DNA from: a virus
Taxonomy: Duplodnaviria > Heunggongvirae > Uroviricota > Caudoviricetes
IMG/VR virus record: IMGVR_UViG_2698536392_000015
Span: 1 to 53,751 of that record
Direction: 5' to 3' (one strand)
DNA length: 53,751 bases
Below are positions 47,271 through 53,751 of the stretch, in pieces. A program made the translations under genes and the position numbers. A model generated the notes under the pieces. It did not search any database. It was not told the DNA's origin and worked only from the letters and a program-made list of their open reading frames with translations. Within the stretch, counting starts at the first letter, position 1, and every line of letters begins with the position of its first letter.

Positions 47271-49313
47271 ATGACGTCCAAATGGGTTCAACTATCATCA
47301 ATGCCCGGAAACTTTACCGTTAAAGTTTCCGGTGGTACAGCGGCATTTCTTGAGGCTCCCTTTCCTCCGGCCGAAACAAAAGGAGGAATGACATTTGCTG
47401 ACTGTCTCATCAGTTTTAATACACGGGATTGCCTGTGGGTAAGGCCAGTATCCGGTGATCCGAGTGTGGAAATTACCGGAGCGGGTATCGGTGCGGTCAT
47501 TCCGTTAAGTGCTGATGTTGCCGGTACTGCTGAACCGTCAGACTGGGATAATGCTGAAACACATACCCGTCCGTCAGGAAATGAAACTGCTTCCAGCTCC
47601 CCTTCCTGGTATTACGTGGTGGTTCTTGCTGGTCAGTCAAACGGTATGGCTTACGGTGAAGGTCTGCCACTGCCGGAGACATATGATCGCCCCGAACCGC
47701 GTATTATGCAGTTAGCCCGTCGCAGTACTGTCACGCCGGGAGGTAAAGTCTGTCAGTATAACGACATCATTCTGGCCGACCACTGTCTGCATGATGTGCA
47801 GGATATGAGTGGAAAAAATCACCCGAAAGCGGATGTGGCTAAAGGGCAATATGGCACCGTGGGTCAGGGGCTTCACATTGCCAAAAAACTGCTGCCGTTT
47901 ATTCCGGCAGATGCGGGGATTCTGCTGGTTCCCTGCTGCCGTGGTGGTTCTGCATTCACGGCGGGTGCTGACGGCACGTACAGTGACAGCATGGGTGCTT
48001 CAGAGGACTCAGCCCGATGGGGTGTGGATAAGCCGCTGTATAAGGACTTAATCAGCCGGACAAAAGCGGCACTGGCGAAGAACCCGAAAAACCGCCTGCT
48101 TGCTGTGGTGTGGATGCAGGGCGAGTTTGATATTGATGCGAAGCCGACGGAGCATTCTGCGCTGTTTCTGGCGATGGTGGAAAAATTCCGCGCAGACCTG
48201 GCTGAACAGGCGGAACAGTGTACCGGTGGCAGTGCTGCTGGCGTTCCGTGGATTTGTGGCGATACCACGTATTTCTGGAAACAGAAAAATGAACCGGCAT
48301 ACCAGGCAATCTATGGCGGCTACAAAAACAAAACAGATAAAAACATTCATTTCGTCCCATTAATGACAGATGAAAATGGCGCGAATGTACCTACCAACAA
48401 TCCGACAGAAGACCCGGATATTGAATCCATTGGTTATTACGGCTCAACGTGGCGTAACAATGCTGCCACCTGGACATCTGCGGACCGGGCCAGTCATTTC
48501 AGTGCCTGGGCGCGCCGTGGGATTATTTCCGACCGTCTGGCCACGGCTGTTCTGACTCACGCAGGGCGAACCACAGTAAAAGCCGATGTTCCATCTTCTG
48601 AAACTGATGCGCCAACGCCGTCACCTTCAGAAGCTGAAACAGTAACCACAACAACACTGCTGTCTTACCGTGCCAGTGAGTCTGAAGGGAAGCTGACCGA
48701 ACAGGGCTGGAGTGCAGGTGGAGGTAAAGCGGAAATTGTTGCCGATGAAGGTGCAACTGGTGGAACCGCGATGAAGCTGAGCAAGGAGACGGGTAAAGGA
48801 TCATGGCATCTGGAGCATGATGCCGGTACTGGCGCTGAACTGCTGAAAAATGGCGGCTTAATCAGTTGCCGCTTTAAGGCATCCGGTGAACTGGTGGCAA
48901 ATCAGTATGTCATTGCACTTTACTGGCCGGTTTCCTCTCTGCCGCAGGGTGTCACCCTGACAGGGGATGCAGGGAATAATCTGCTGGCAGCGTTCTACAT
49001 CCAGACAGACGCAAAAGACCTGAATGTGATGTACCACAATGCAAAAGTGGCGACAAATAACCTTAAGCTGGGAACCTTTGGCGCATTTGATAATGAGTGG
49101 CATACGCTGGCCTTCCGCTTTGCCGGGAATAACAGCCTTCAGGTGACGCCGGTTATTGATGGTCAGGACAGTACACCGTTCACGCTGACGCAGTCACCGG
49201 TCAGTGCATTTGCGGCGGATAAACTGCATGTGACAGACATTACCAAAAATGCGACTTACCCGGTGCTGATTGACAGCATTGTGGTGGAAGTGAAAAAAGC
49301 GGTAACAGAATAA
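47271..49313 (+). CDS. SGNH/sialate-O-acetylesterase-like hydrolase with C-terminal lectin-like domain (680 aa)
   Basis: VVLAGQSNGMAYGEG resembles the GQSN motif of carbohydrate acetylesterases; Thr/Ser/Pro linker then a beta-rich C-terminal domain. Confidence 0.65.
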   Translation: MTSKWVQLSSMPGNFTVKVSGGTAAFLEAPFPPAETKGGMTFADCLISFNTRDCLWVRPVSGDPSVEITGAGIGAVIPLSADVAGTAEPSDWDNAETHTRPSGNETASSSPSWYYVVVLAGQSNGMAYGEGLPLPETYDRPEPRIMQLARRSTVTPGGKVCQYNDIILADHCLHDVQDMSGKNHPKADVAKGQYGTVGQGLHIAKKLLPFIPADAGILLVPCCRGGSAFTAGADGTYSDSMGASEDSARWGVDKPLYKDLISRTKAALAKNPKNRLLAVVWMQGEFDIDAKPTEHSALFLAMVEKFRADLAEQAEQCTGGSAAGVPWICGDTTYFWKQKNEPAYQAIYGGYKNKTDKNIHFVPLMTDENGANVPTNNPTEDPDIESIGYYGSTWRNNAATWTSADRASHFSAWARRGIISDRLATAVLTHAGRTTVKADVPSSETDAPTPSPSEAETVTTTTLLSYRASESEGKLTEQGWSAGGGKAEIVADEGATGGTAMKLSKETGKGSWHLEHDAGTGAELLKNGGLISCRFKASGELVANQYVIALYWPVSSLPQGVTLTGDAGNNLLAAFYIQTDAKDLNVMYHNAKVATNNLKLGTFGAFDNEWHTLAFRFAGNNSLQVTPVIDGQDSTPFTLTQSPVSAFAADKLHVTDITKNATYPVLIDSIVVEVKKAVTE

Positions 49314-49459
49314 AAAAATCCCGCCGGTCATGATACGGCTGGCGGGAGCTACCTAACCCATAAAGGAAAATAAAAATACTACCGAAGGAGTAGTTATCAG
49401 TCGCTTCGATGTTTTTACCCGATAACGAATTATGTAGTCAATATCAAAGGTAAGGTTAT

Positions 49460-49642
49460 ATGACATTCGTTCATACAATGCTGCTTTATTTCTGCGCAGT
49501 GGTCAGTGCGTTATATCTGGTGAGCGGCGGTTATAAGGTCATCAGAAATTATATTCGCCGTAAAATTGATGATGCGGCAGCTGAAAAACTCAGTAAAACA
49601 GCACAGGCACCGTCATCCCCAAACGACCCGACCCCGCTCTGA
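49460..49642 (+). CDS. Small membrane protein (60 aa)
   Basis: ATG with AAGGTAAGG RBS; one hydrophobic helix. Confidence 0.4.
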   Translation: MTFVHTMLLYFCAVVSALYLVSGGYKVIRNYIRRKIDDAAAEKLSKTAQAPSSPNDPTPL

Positions 49643-49677
49643 TAACGGGGCAATATACCTGCAAAAGGAGAATATTC

Positions 49678-49923
49678 ATGCCAGAGATTAAAGGCACGGT
49701 TACTGAAGAGCTTGTCAAACAGGCACTTTATTCTGAAGAAGTGAACCGCGTGCTGAAGGCGCAGGTTCGCAAGGATTTTGAGGCACAAATCGACGCATAT
49801 GTTGATGAAGTGCTGGCCCGAATGGTTGGCCGTTCTCCGGCTGAAAACAGCACGGAAAATGAGCCTCAACCCGTAGAGCAACCAGAGCCGGTTCAGCCCG
49901 GAACTGACGGTACTATGATGTAA
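49678..49923 (+). CDS. Hypothetical small protein (81 aa)
   Basis: ATG with AAGGAG RBS. Confidence 0.45.
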   Translation: MPEIKGTVTEELVKQALYSEEVNRVLKAQVRKDFEAQIDAYVDEVLARMVGRSPAENSTENEPQPVEQPEPVQPGTDGTMM

Positions 49924-49961
49924 CAATACCGACCGGCAGGTTTCCCTGCCGGGTGAATTTG

Positions 49962-50132
49962 TTAATGCACGTTTTGTGTATTTTCCCTCCGGGGAGAACA
50001 GGCAGGACATATCAGCATCCTGAAACAGGAAGCATTTTTTGGTTTGTATGTCTTGCCATTTTGAGATCGAGAACGGCGATAGATGAGCTGTAAGGGAGTC
50101 TTACAGGCAGGGCAAACAGGCTCTTTATCCAT
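49962..50132 (-). CDS. Small zinc-ribbon protein (56 aa), divergent from the com/methyltransferase operon
   Basis: MDKEPVCPAC...CPAC; ATG preceded by AAGGAG. Confidence 0.45.
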   Translation of the reverse strand: MDKEPVCPACKTPLQLIYRRSRSQNGKTYKPKNASCFRMLICPACSPRRENTQNVH

Positions 50133-50541
50133 GATAAAGATCTCCTTTTTATGCATCTCTGCTTTACAGGAGACCGGGGAATATCATAGGATACGCCACG
50201 AGCTCGAAGTAAAGCATTGATGCAAAATTGTCTAAATCGGCCCAGAATAGTTCGCGCTATCTGGGTCGCCCTTTATGTATGTAGTATCCTGTTGATTTGA
50301 AACATACTACATATACGCGCGATCCTACCTTCACTGTATAAAAAGTCAATAAAATGATCATTTTATGATCGTTTTCACCACCTAACTCTTCGTTTTCTTT
50401 AAGTAAATAATCACCTCCCTGAATCATTGTTGATGACTTTTCAATCTATTTGTTGTATCAATTAAACAAATCGAATCGATCGTTTTTGTCGATCGATTGC
50501 ATGAGAAAGGCATCAACAACAAAGCAGGAGGTTATGCGGCC
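50133..50541. promoter_or_regulatory. AT-rich divergent control region with GATC cluster and palindrome upstream of com
   Basis: GATC at 50320, 50356, 50367, 50478, 50491; perfect 9-bp inverted repeat AATCGATCG-N7-CGATCGATT (50474-50498). Confidence 0.5.
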
Positions 50542-50727
50542 ATGTATCGAAACATACGGTGCCGACACTGCAATAAGCTACTGGCACGGGCCAGTTTCAG
50601 TTATCTGGAAGTAAAATGTCCGCGCTGCAAAACCCTCAATCAAATCACATCTCAGAGCGCCACAGAGCACCCCACATACACAAGGAAATCCTGCCGTGGG
50701 GAACAAGAAACATTACTTTCAGTCTGA
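50542..50727 (+). CDS. com: Com-like zinc-finger translational regulator
   Basis: MYRNIRCRHCNKLLARASFSYLEVKCPRCK aligns with Mu Com (MKSIRCKNCNKLLFKADSFDHIEIRCPRCK) as recalled; AGGAGG RBS; overlaps the downstream gene start. Confidence 0.8.
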   Translation: MYRNIRCRHCNKLLARASFSYLEVKCPRCKTLNQITSQSATEHPTYTRKSCRGEQETLLSV

Positions 50728-51748
50728 TAAGTCACTAACCTATGGTTCAGTATGCAGTGGTATTGAAGCTGCGACAGTAGCCTGGAGCAATCTTGGCTGG
50801 AAAGCCAGTTGGTTCAGTGAAATAGAGGACTTCCCGTCAACACTTCTTTCATATCGCTGGCCCCATATACCAAATCTTGGTGATATGGCTTTGCTTGCGC
50901 CTCGTATCAGGGATGGGCTTATTGAAGCACCAGATATTCTTGTAGGTGGAACTCCGTGTCAGGCATTCAGTATGTCAGGCAAACGAAAAGGCCTTTCAGA
51001 TCCACGGGGGCAGTTAACACTGTCTTTTGTTGAACTGGCGAATCAGATAGATACCGTTCGGGCATCGCTCAATAAATCCCCCTCAATAATCGTATGGGAA
51101 AACGTCACAGGAGTTTTAAGTAGCCATGACAATGCATTCGGTCATTTTCTTGGTGCGCTGGCCGGAGCAGGTTGCGCATTACAGCCAGCAAGGAAAAGAT
51201 GGGCAAACGCTGGTGTTGTGTCTGGACCATCGCGTATCGTCGCCTGGCGAGTACTTGATGCCCAATATTTCGGAGTCGCCCAGGCTCGCAGAAGAGTGTT
51301 TGTTGTGGCAAGTGCTGGAAAAAGGCTCGATCCCGGAAAGGTATTATTTGAGTTCCCGCCTGTGTCGCAGGGCGATAAAAACTATTACGGAAAGAAGAAA
51401 AAATCCGAATCCCTTCTTGATCAAGGCATTGAAGGAAAATTGCACCGATATTGCCTTGAAGCATTGCCAAAACGAACAGGCACAGTAATAGCTGGCTATA
51501 ACGGAACAACTAACCAGGACATGACTATGTCTGGTGGGCTCATAGTTGAAAGAGCGCCATATTCAAGGGTTCGTAGGTTGACGCCAACCGAATGCGAGAG
51601 GCTACAAGGTTTTCCCGATGGATATACAGATATTCCATGGAAAAATTCATCTCCAGCTCATCGTTATAAGGCCATTGGAAATTCAATGCCTGTACCGGTC
51701 ATGAAATGGATTGGTCGAAGAATACAGGAAGCGTTAAACGAAGTTTAA
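50696..51748 (+). CDS. DNA (cytosine-5)-methyltransferase
   Basis: C5-MTase motifs: GSVCSGIEA (I-like), GGTPCQAFSMSGKRKG (IV), IIVWENVTGVLS (VI), AQARRRVFVVA (VIII), RRLTPTECERLQGFPDGY (C-terminal); GTG start overlapping com. Confidence 0.85.
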   Translation: MGNKKHYFQSDKSLTYGSVCSGIEAATVAWSNLGWKASWFSEIEDFPSTLLSYRWPHIPNLGDMALLAPRIRDGLIEAPDILVGGTPCQAFSMSGKRKGLSDPRGQLTLSFVELANQIDTVRASLNKSPSIIVWENVTGVLSSHDNAFGHFLGALAGAGCALQPARKRWANAGVVSGPSRIVAWRVLDAQYFGVAQARRRVFVVASAGKRLDPGKVLFEFPPVSQGDKNYYGKKKKSESLLDQGIEGKLHRYCLEALPKRTGTVIAGYNGTTNQDMTMSGGLIVERAPYSRVRRLTPTECERLQGFPDGYTDIPWKNSSPAHRYKAIGNSMPVPVMKWIGRRIQEALNEV

Positions 51749-51824
51749 ACCTAAGCAAAAGACATTATGAAGTTGGTTTTTGTGCCGTTAAAAGATGTCT
51801 TTAAGGAGTGCAAAGGAAAGCGCC

Positions 51825-51918
51825 AATTTAGTATCAAAAAAGATGCTTATCGGCGCTTTTCATCGGTATCAAATGAAATGCAAATCGGTATCAAAAAAAT
51901 CGCCGCGCTATAATCACA
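51825..51918. repeat. Right-end transposase-binding repeats (attR, R1-R3 like)
   Basis: GTATCAAA at 51831, CGGTATCAAA at 51864 and 51886, inverted relative to the left-end motifs. Confidence 0.6.
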
Positions 51919-51953
51919 CTGAAACAGTCATTCACCGTTATGGTACCGGCGCA

Positions 51954-52661
51954 ATGGTGTTGTGCTGGCACTGCGACAACCAGCTGCGCGACCAGACATC
52001 TGATTCACTGGCGCAACTTGCTCAGCAGAATCTGGTTGCCTGGATGATTGACGTCATCCGTCACGCAATAAGCGGTACGCAGGAGAGGGAGTTATCGCTG
52101 GCCGAATTATCCTGGTGGGCGGTCTGCAATCAGGTGGTGGATGCACTACCTGAGGCAGTAGCGCGTCGTTCGCTGGGATTACCAGCGGAAAAAATCCGCT
52201 CAGTATACCGTGAGAGCGACATCGTACCGGGAGAGCAGACCGCCACCAGCATACTGAATCAGCGCACAAAAAATCTTGCGCCGTTGCCTCACGTCCACCA
52301 GCAACAACCCTCACCACAGGAAAAGGCGGTGGTCAGCATTGCCGTTGATCCGGAGTCTCCGGAATCTTTCATGAAGCGGCCTAAACGTCGCCGTTGGGTA
52401 AATGAGAAATACACGCGCTGGGTAAAGACACAGCCGTGCGCGTGTTGTGGAAAGCCAGCCGACGATCCCCATCACCTGATCGGCCATGGTCAGGGCGGCA
52501 TGGGGACAAAAGCCCACGATATTTTCACGCTACCGCTGTGTCGGGAGCATCACAACGAGCTTCATGCGGATCCGCTGGCGTTCGAAGAAAAGTATGGTTC
52601 CCAGGTTGATTTGATTTTTCGTTTTCTTGATCACGCCTTTGCAACAGGCGTACTTGGGTAA
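51954..52661 (+). CDS. DUF968-type (YdfU-like) prophage protein, probably the 3' portion of a gene disrupted by the Mu-like insertion
   Basis: C-terminal CACCGKPADDPHHLIGHGQGGMGTKAHD...PLCREHHNELH motif; track ORF start 51795 lies inside the Mu-like end repeats. Confidence 0.45.
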   Translation: MVLCWHCDNQLRDQTSDSLAQLAQQNLVAWMIDVIRHAISGTQERELSLAELSWWAVCNQVVDALPEAVARRSLGLPAEKIRSVYRESDIVPGEQTATSILNQRTKNLAPLPHVHQQQPSPQEKAVVSIAVDPESPESFMKRPKRRRWVNEKYTRWVKTQPCACCGKPADDPHHLIGHGQGGMGTKAHDIFTLPLCREHHNELHADPLAFEEKYGSQVDLIFRFLDHAFATGVLG

Positions 52662-52673
52662 AGGAGGTGACTG

Positions 52674-53033
52674 ATGCGTACAGAGTTTGTTTTGCCCTGG
52701 CCGCCGACGGTGAACACTTACTGGCGACGTCGTGGCAGCACATATTTTGTATCAAAAACCGGTGAGCGTTATCGCCGGGATGTGGCGCTAATTGTTCGCC
52801 AGCAGCGCCTGCAATTACATCTGTCCGGAAGGCTGGCGATAAAGATTATTGCCGAGCCACCGGATAAGCGTCGCCGTGACCTGGACAATATTCTGAAAGC
52901 GTTGCTGGATGCGCTGACGCATGCGGGAGTACTCATTGATGATGAGCAGTTTGATGAAATCAATATTGTACGTAGTCAGCTTGTTCCTGGTGGTCGGTTG
53001 GGTGTGAAGATTTACAAAATTGAGAGTGAGTGA
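52674..53033 (+). CDS. rusA: Holliday junction resolvase RusA
   Basis: VLPWPPTVNTYWRRRG...KRRRDLDNILKALLDALTHAGVLIDDEQ matches RusA family as recalled. Confidence 0.85.
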   Translation: MRTEFVLPWPPTVNTYWRRRGSTYFVSKTGERYRRDVALIVRQQRLQLHLSGRLAIKIIAEPPDKRRRDLDNILKALLDALTHAGVLIDDEQFDEINIVRSQLVPGGRLGVKIYKIESE

Positions 53034-53572
53034 GCGTAAATATGATATATCCGGAAATGACAGGCAAAAGCGGCGAACATTTACGCCTGAACACGCTGGA
53101 AGCAGTCTGGATCCAGGGGAAATTACGGATGTGGGGGCGGTGGTCGTATATCGGTGGGGGTAAATCCGGAAATATGTTTAACCGGTTACTGGTTTCGAAA
53201 AAGCTGACGAAAACAGCAGTTAATGAGGTTTTACGCAGAATGAAGAAATCCGGGCTGGAAAAACCGGAACTTGAGGCATTTTTTCGGGATATGACCAGAG
53301 GGAAGCAGAAGAGCTGGTTGTCACATTGTACAGACACAGAGGCGTTGATTATTGATCGCGTTATCAGTGAGGTGCTTGGGGAATATCCCGGGCTAATCAA
53401 TATTCTCCGGCAAAGGTACGAAGGACGGGGAATGAGTAAGAGAAAAATGGCAGAATGTTTAAATCGTACTCACCCGGAATGGTGTTTCAGCACATGTGAG
53501 AAACGTATTGCAGGTTGGTTAGCCGTGGCTGAACACATGCTTTATGTACCTATGCACGATTCATTTCGATAA
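53030..53572 (+). CDS. Putative late antiterminator (Q-like)
   Basis: Position after rusA and before a terminator; WGRW motif; family not recognised with certainty. Confidence 0.45.
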   Translation: MSVNMIYPEMTGKSGEHLRLNTLEAVWIQGKLRMWGRWSYIGGGKSGNMFNRLLVSKKLTKTAVNEVLRRMKKSGLEKPELEAFFRDMTRGKQKSWLSHCTDTEALIIDRVISEVLGEYPGLINILRQRYEGRGMSKRKMAECLNRTHPEWCFSTCEKRIAGWLAVAEHMLYVPMHDSFR

Positions 53573-53668
53573 AAAAGCTTGCTTTTTTACGCAGAAACAG
53601 CTTTAATTCCCGTAAGCTTCGCAAAGCTGTATCGCGAGGCGAAACGCAAGTTTTTTTCGCACAAGGAA

Positions 53669-53692
53669 GCCACCTGAAGGTGGTTTTTTTTG
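53669..53692 (+). terminator. Rho-independent terminator downstream of the Q-like gene (tR'-like)
   Basis: CCACCTGAAGGTGG hairpin followed by TTTTTTTT. Confidence 0.65.
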
Positions 53693-53751
53693 TGTCTGCA
53701 ATATACAGCAGCGCCATAAATTCGCTGGTGGTTATTAATACCGTTCTTTCA

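Larger units (their letters stand above)
12421..51918 (+). mobile_element. Mu-like transposable prophage (about 39.5 kb), boundaries approximate to about 15 bp
   Basis: Mu gene order: repressor, ner, A, B, gam, GemA/Mor, lys, terminase, portal, F, G, I, T, sheath, tube, tape measure, baseplate, fibre, gin, com. Left end has three TTTGATACCG-type motifs, right end three inverted copies (GGTATCAAA), with TG...CA termini possible at 12421 and 51918. Confidence 0.8.

Noticed and set aside
49314-49350. Hairpin CCCGCCGG...CTGGCGGG after the esterase gene as a plus-strand terminator
   Set aside because: No T-run follows on the plus strand; the T-run is on the minus strand, where no upstream gene is evident, so its role is unclear and it is not annotated.
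49549-50010. 153-aa minus-strand ORF overlapping two small plus-strand genes
   Set aside because: The plus-strand genes have strong RBSs; this ORF lacks one and overlaps the better-supported zinc-ribbon gene in another frame.
12416-51923. Five-bp target-site duplication flanking the Mu-like element
   Set aside because: For candidate ends (left TG at 12421 or 12431; right CA at 51916, 51918, 51926, 51930) the adjacent 5-mers do not match, so I do not claim a duplication.
51795-51953. N-terminal 53 codons of track ORF 51795..52661
   Set aside because: This stretch is encoded by the A-rich right-end repeat region of the Mu-like element and gives a Lys-rich non-protein-like peptide; the real coding region probably resumes after the element end.

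Overview
The window is a nested prophage region. A lambdoid (Rac/Qin-like) prophage segment occupies about 1-12.4 kb and 51.9-53.75 kb: a leftward early operon (DicA-like repressor, ParE-like toxin/antitoxin pair, small genes, a RecE-like exonuclease running off the window start), a rightward operon (Cro-like, YdaT-like, replication protein with internal iteron-like repeats, Q-like antiterminator), then hokD, a Rem-sized ORF, and on the far side a DUF968 gene, rusA, a second Q-like gene and a terminator. Between the first Q gene and hokD sits an AT-rich, translationally coupled three-gene operon on the minus strand (8649-10799) with no recognisable family apart from a PD-(D/E)xK-like motif in the last gene; this is my best candidate for an undescribed accessory or defence system. 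A complete Mu-like transposable prophage (about 12421-51918) is inserted into this lambdoid region: repressor, ner, MuA, MuB, an early region of uncharacterised small genes, gam, GemA-like, Mor/C-family, lysis genes, terminase, portal, head and contractile-tail genes, a Gin-invertible tail-fibre segment, and a right-end accessory region with an esterase/lectin-like protein and a Com-like zinc finger coupled to a C5-cytosine methyltransferase in place of mom. All calls come from reading the sequence and ORF track by eye and from recalled family features; no database search was run, and recalled protein sequences were used as supporting evidence only.
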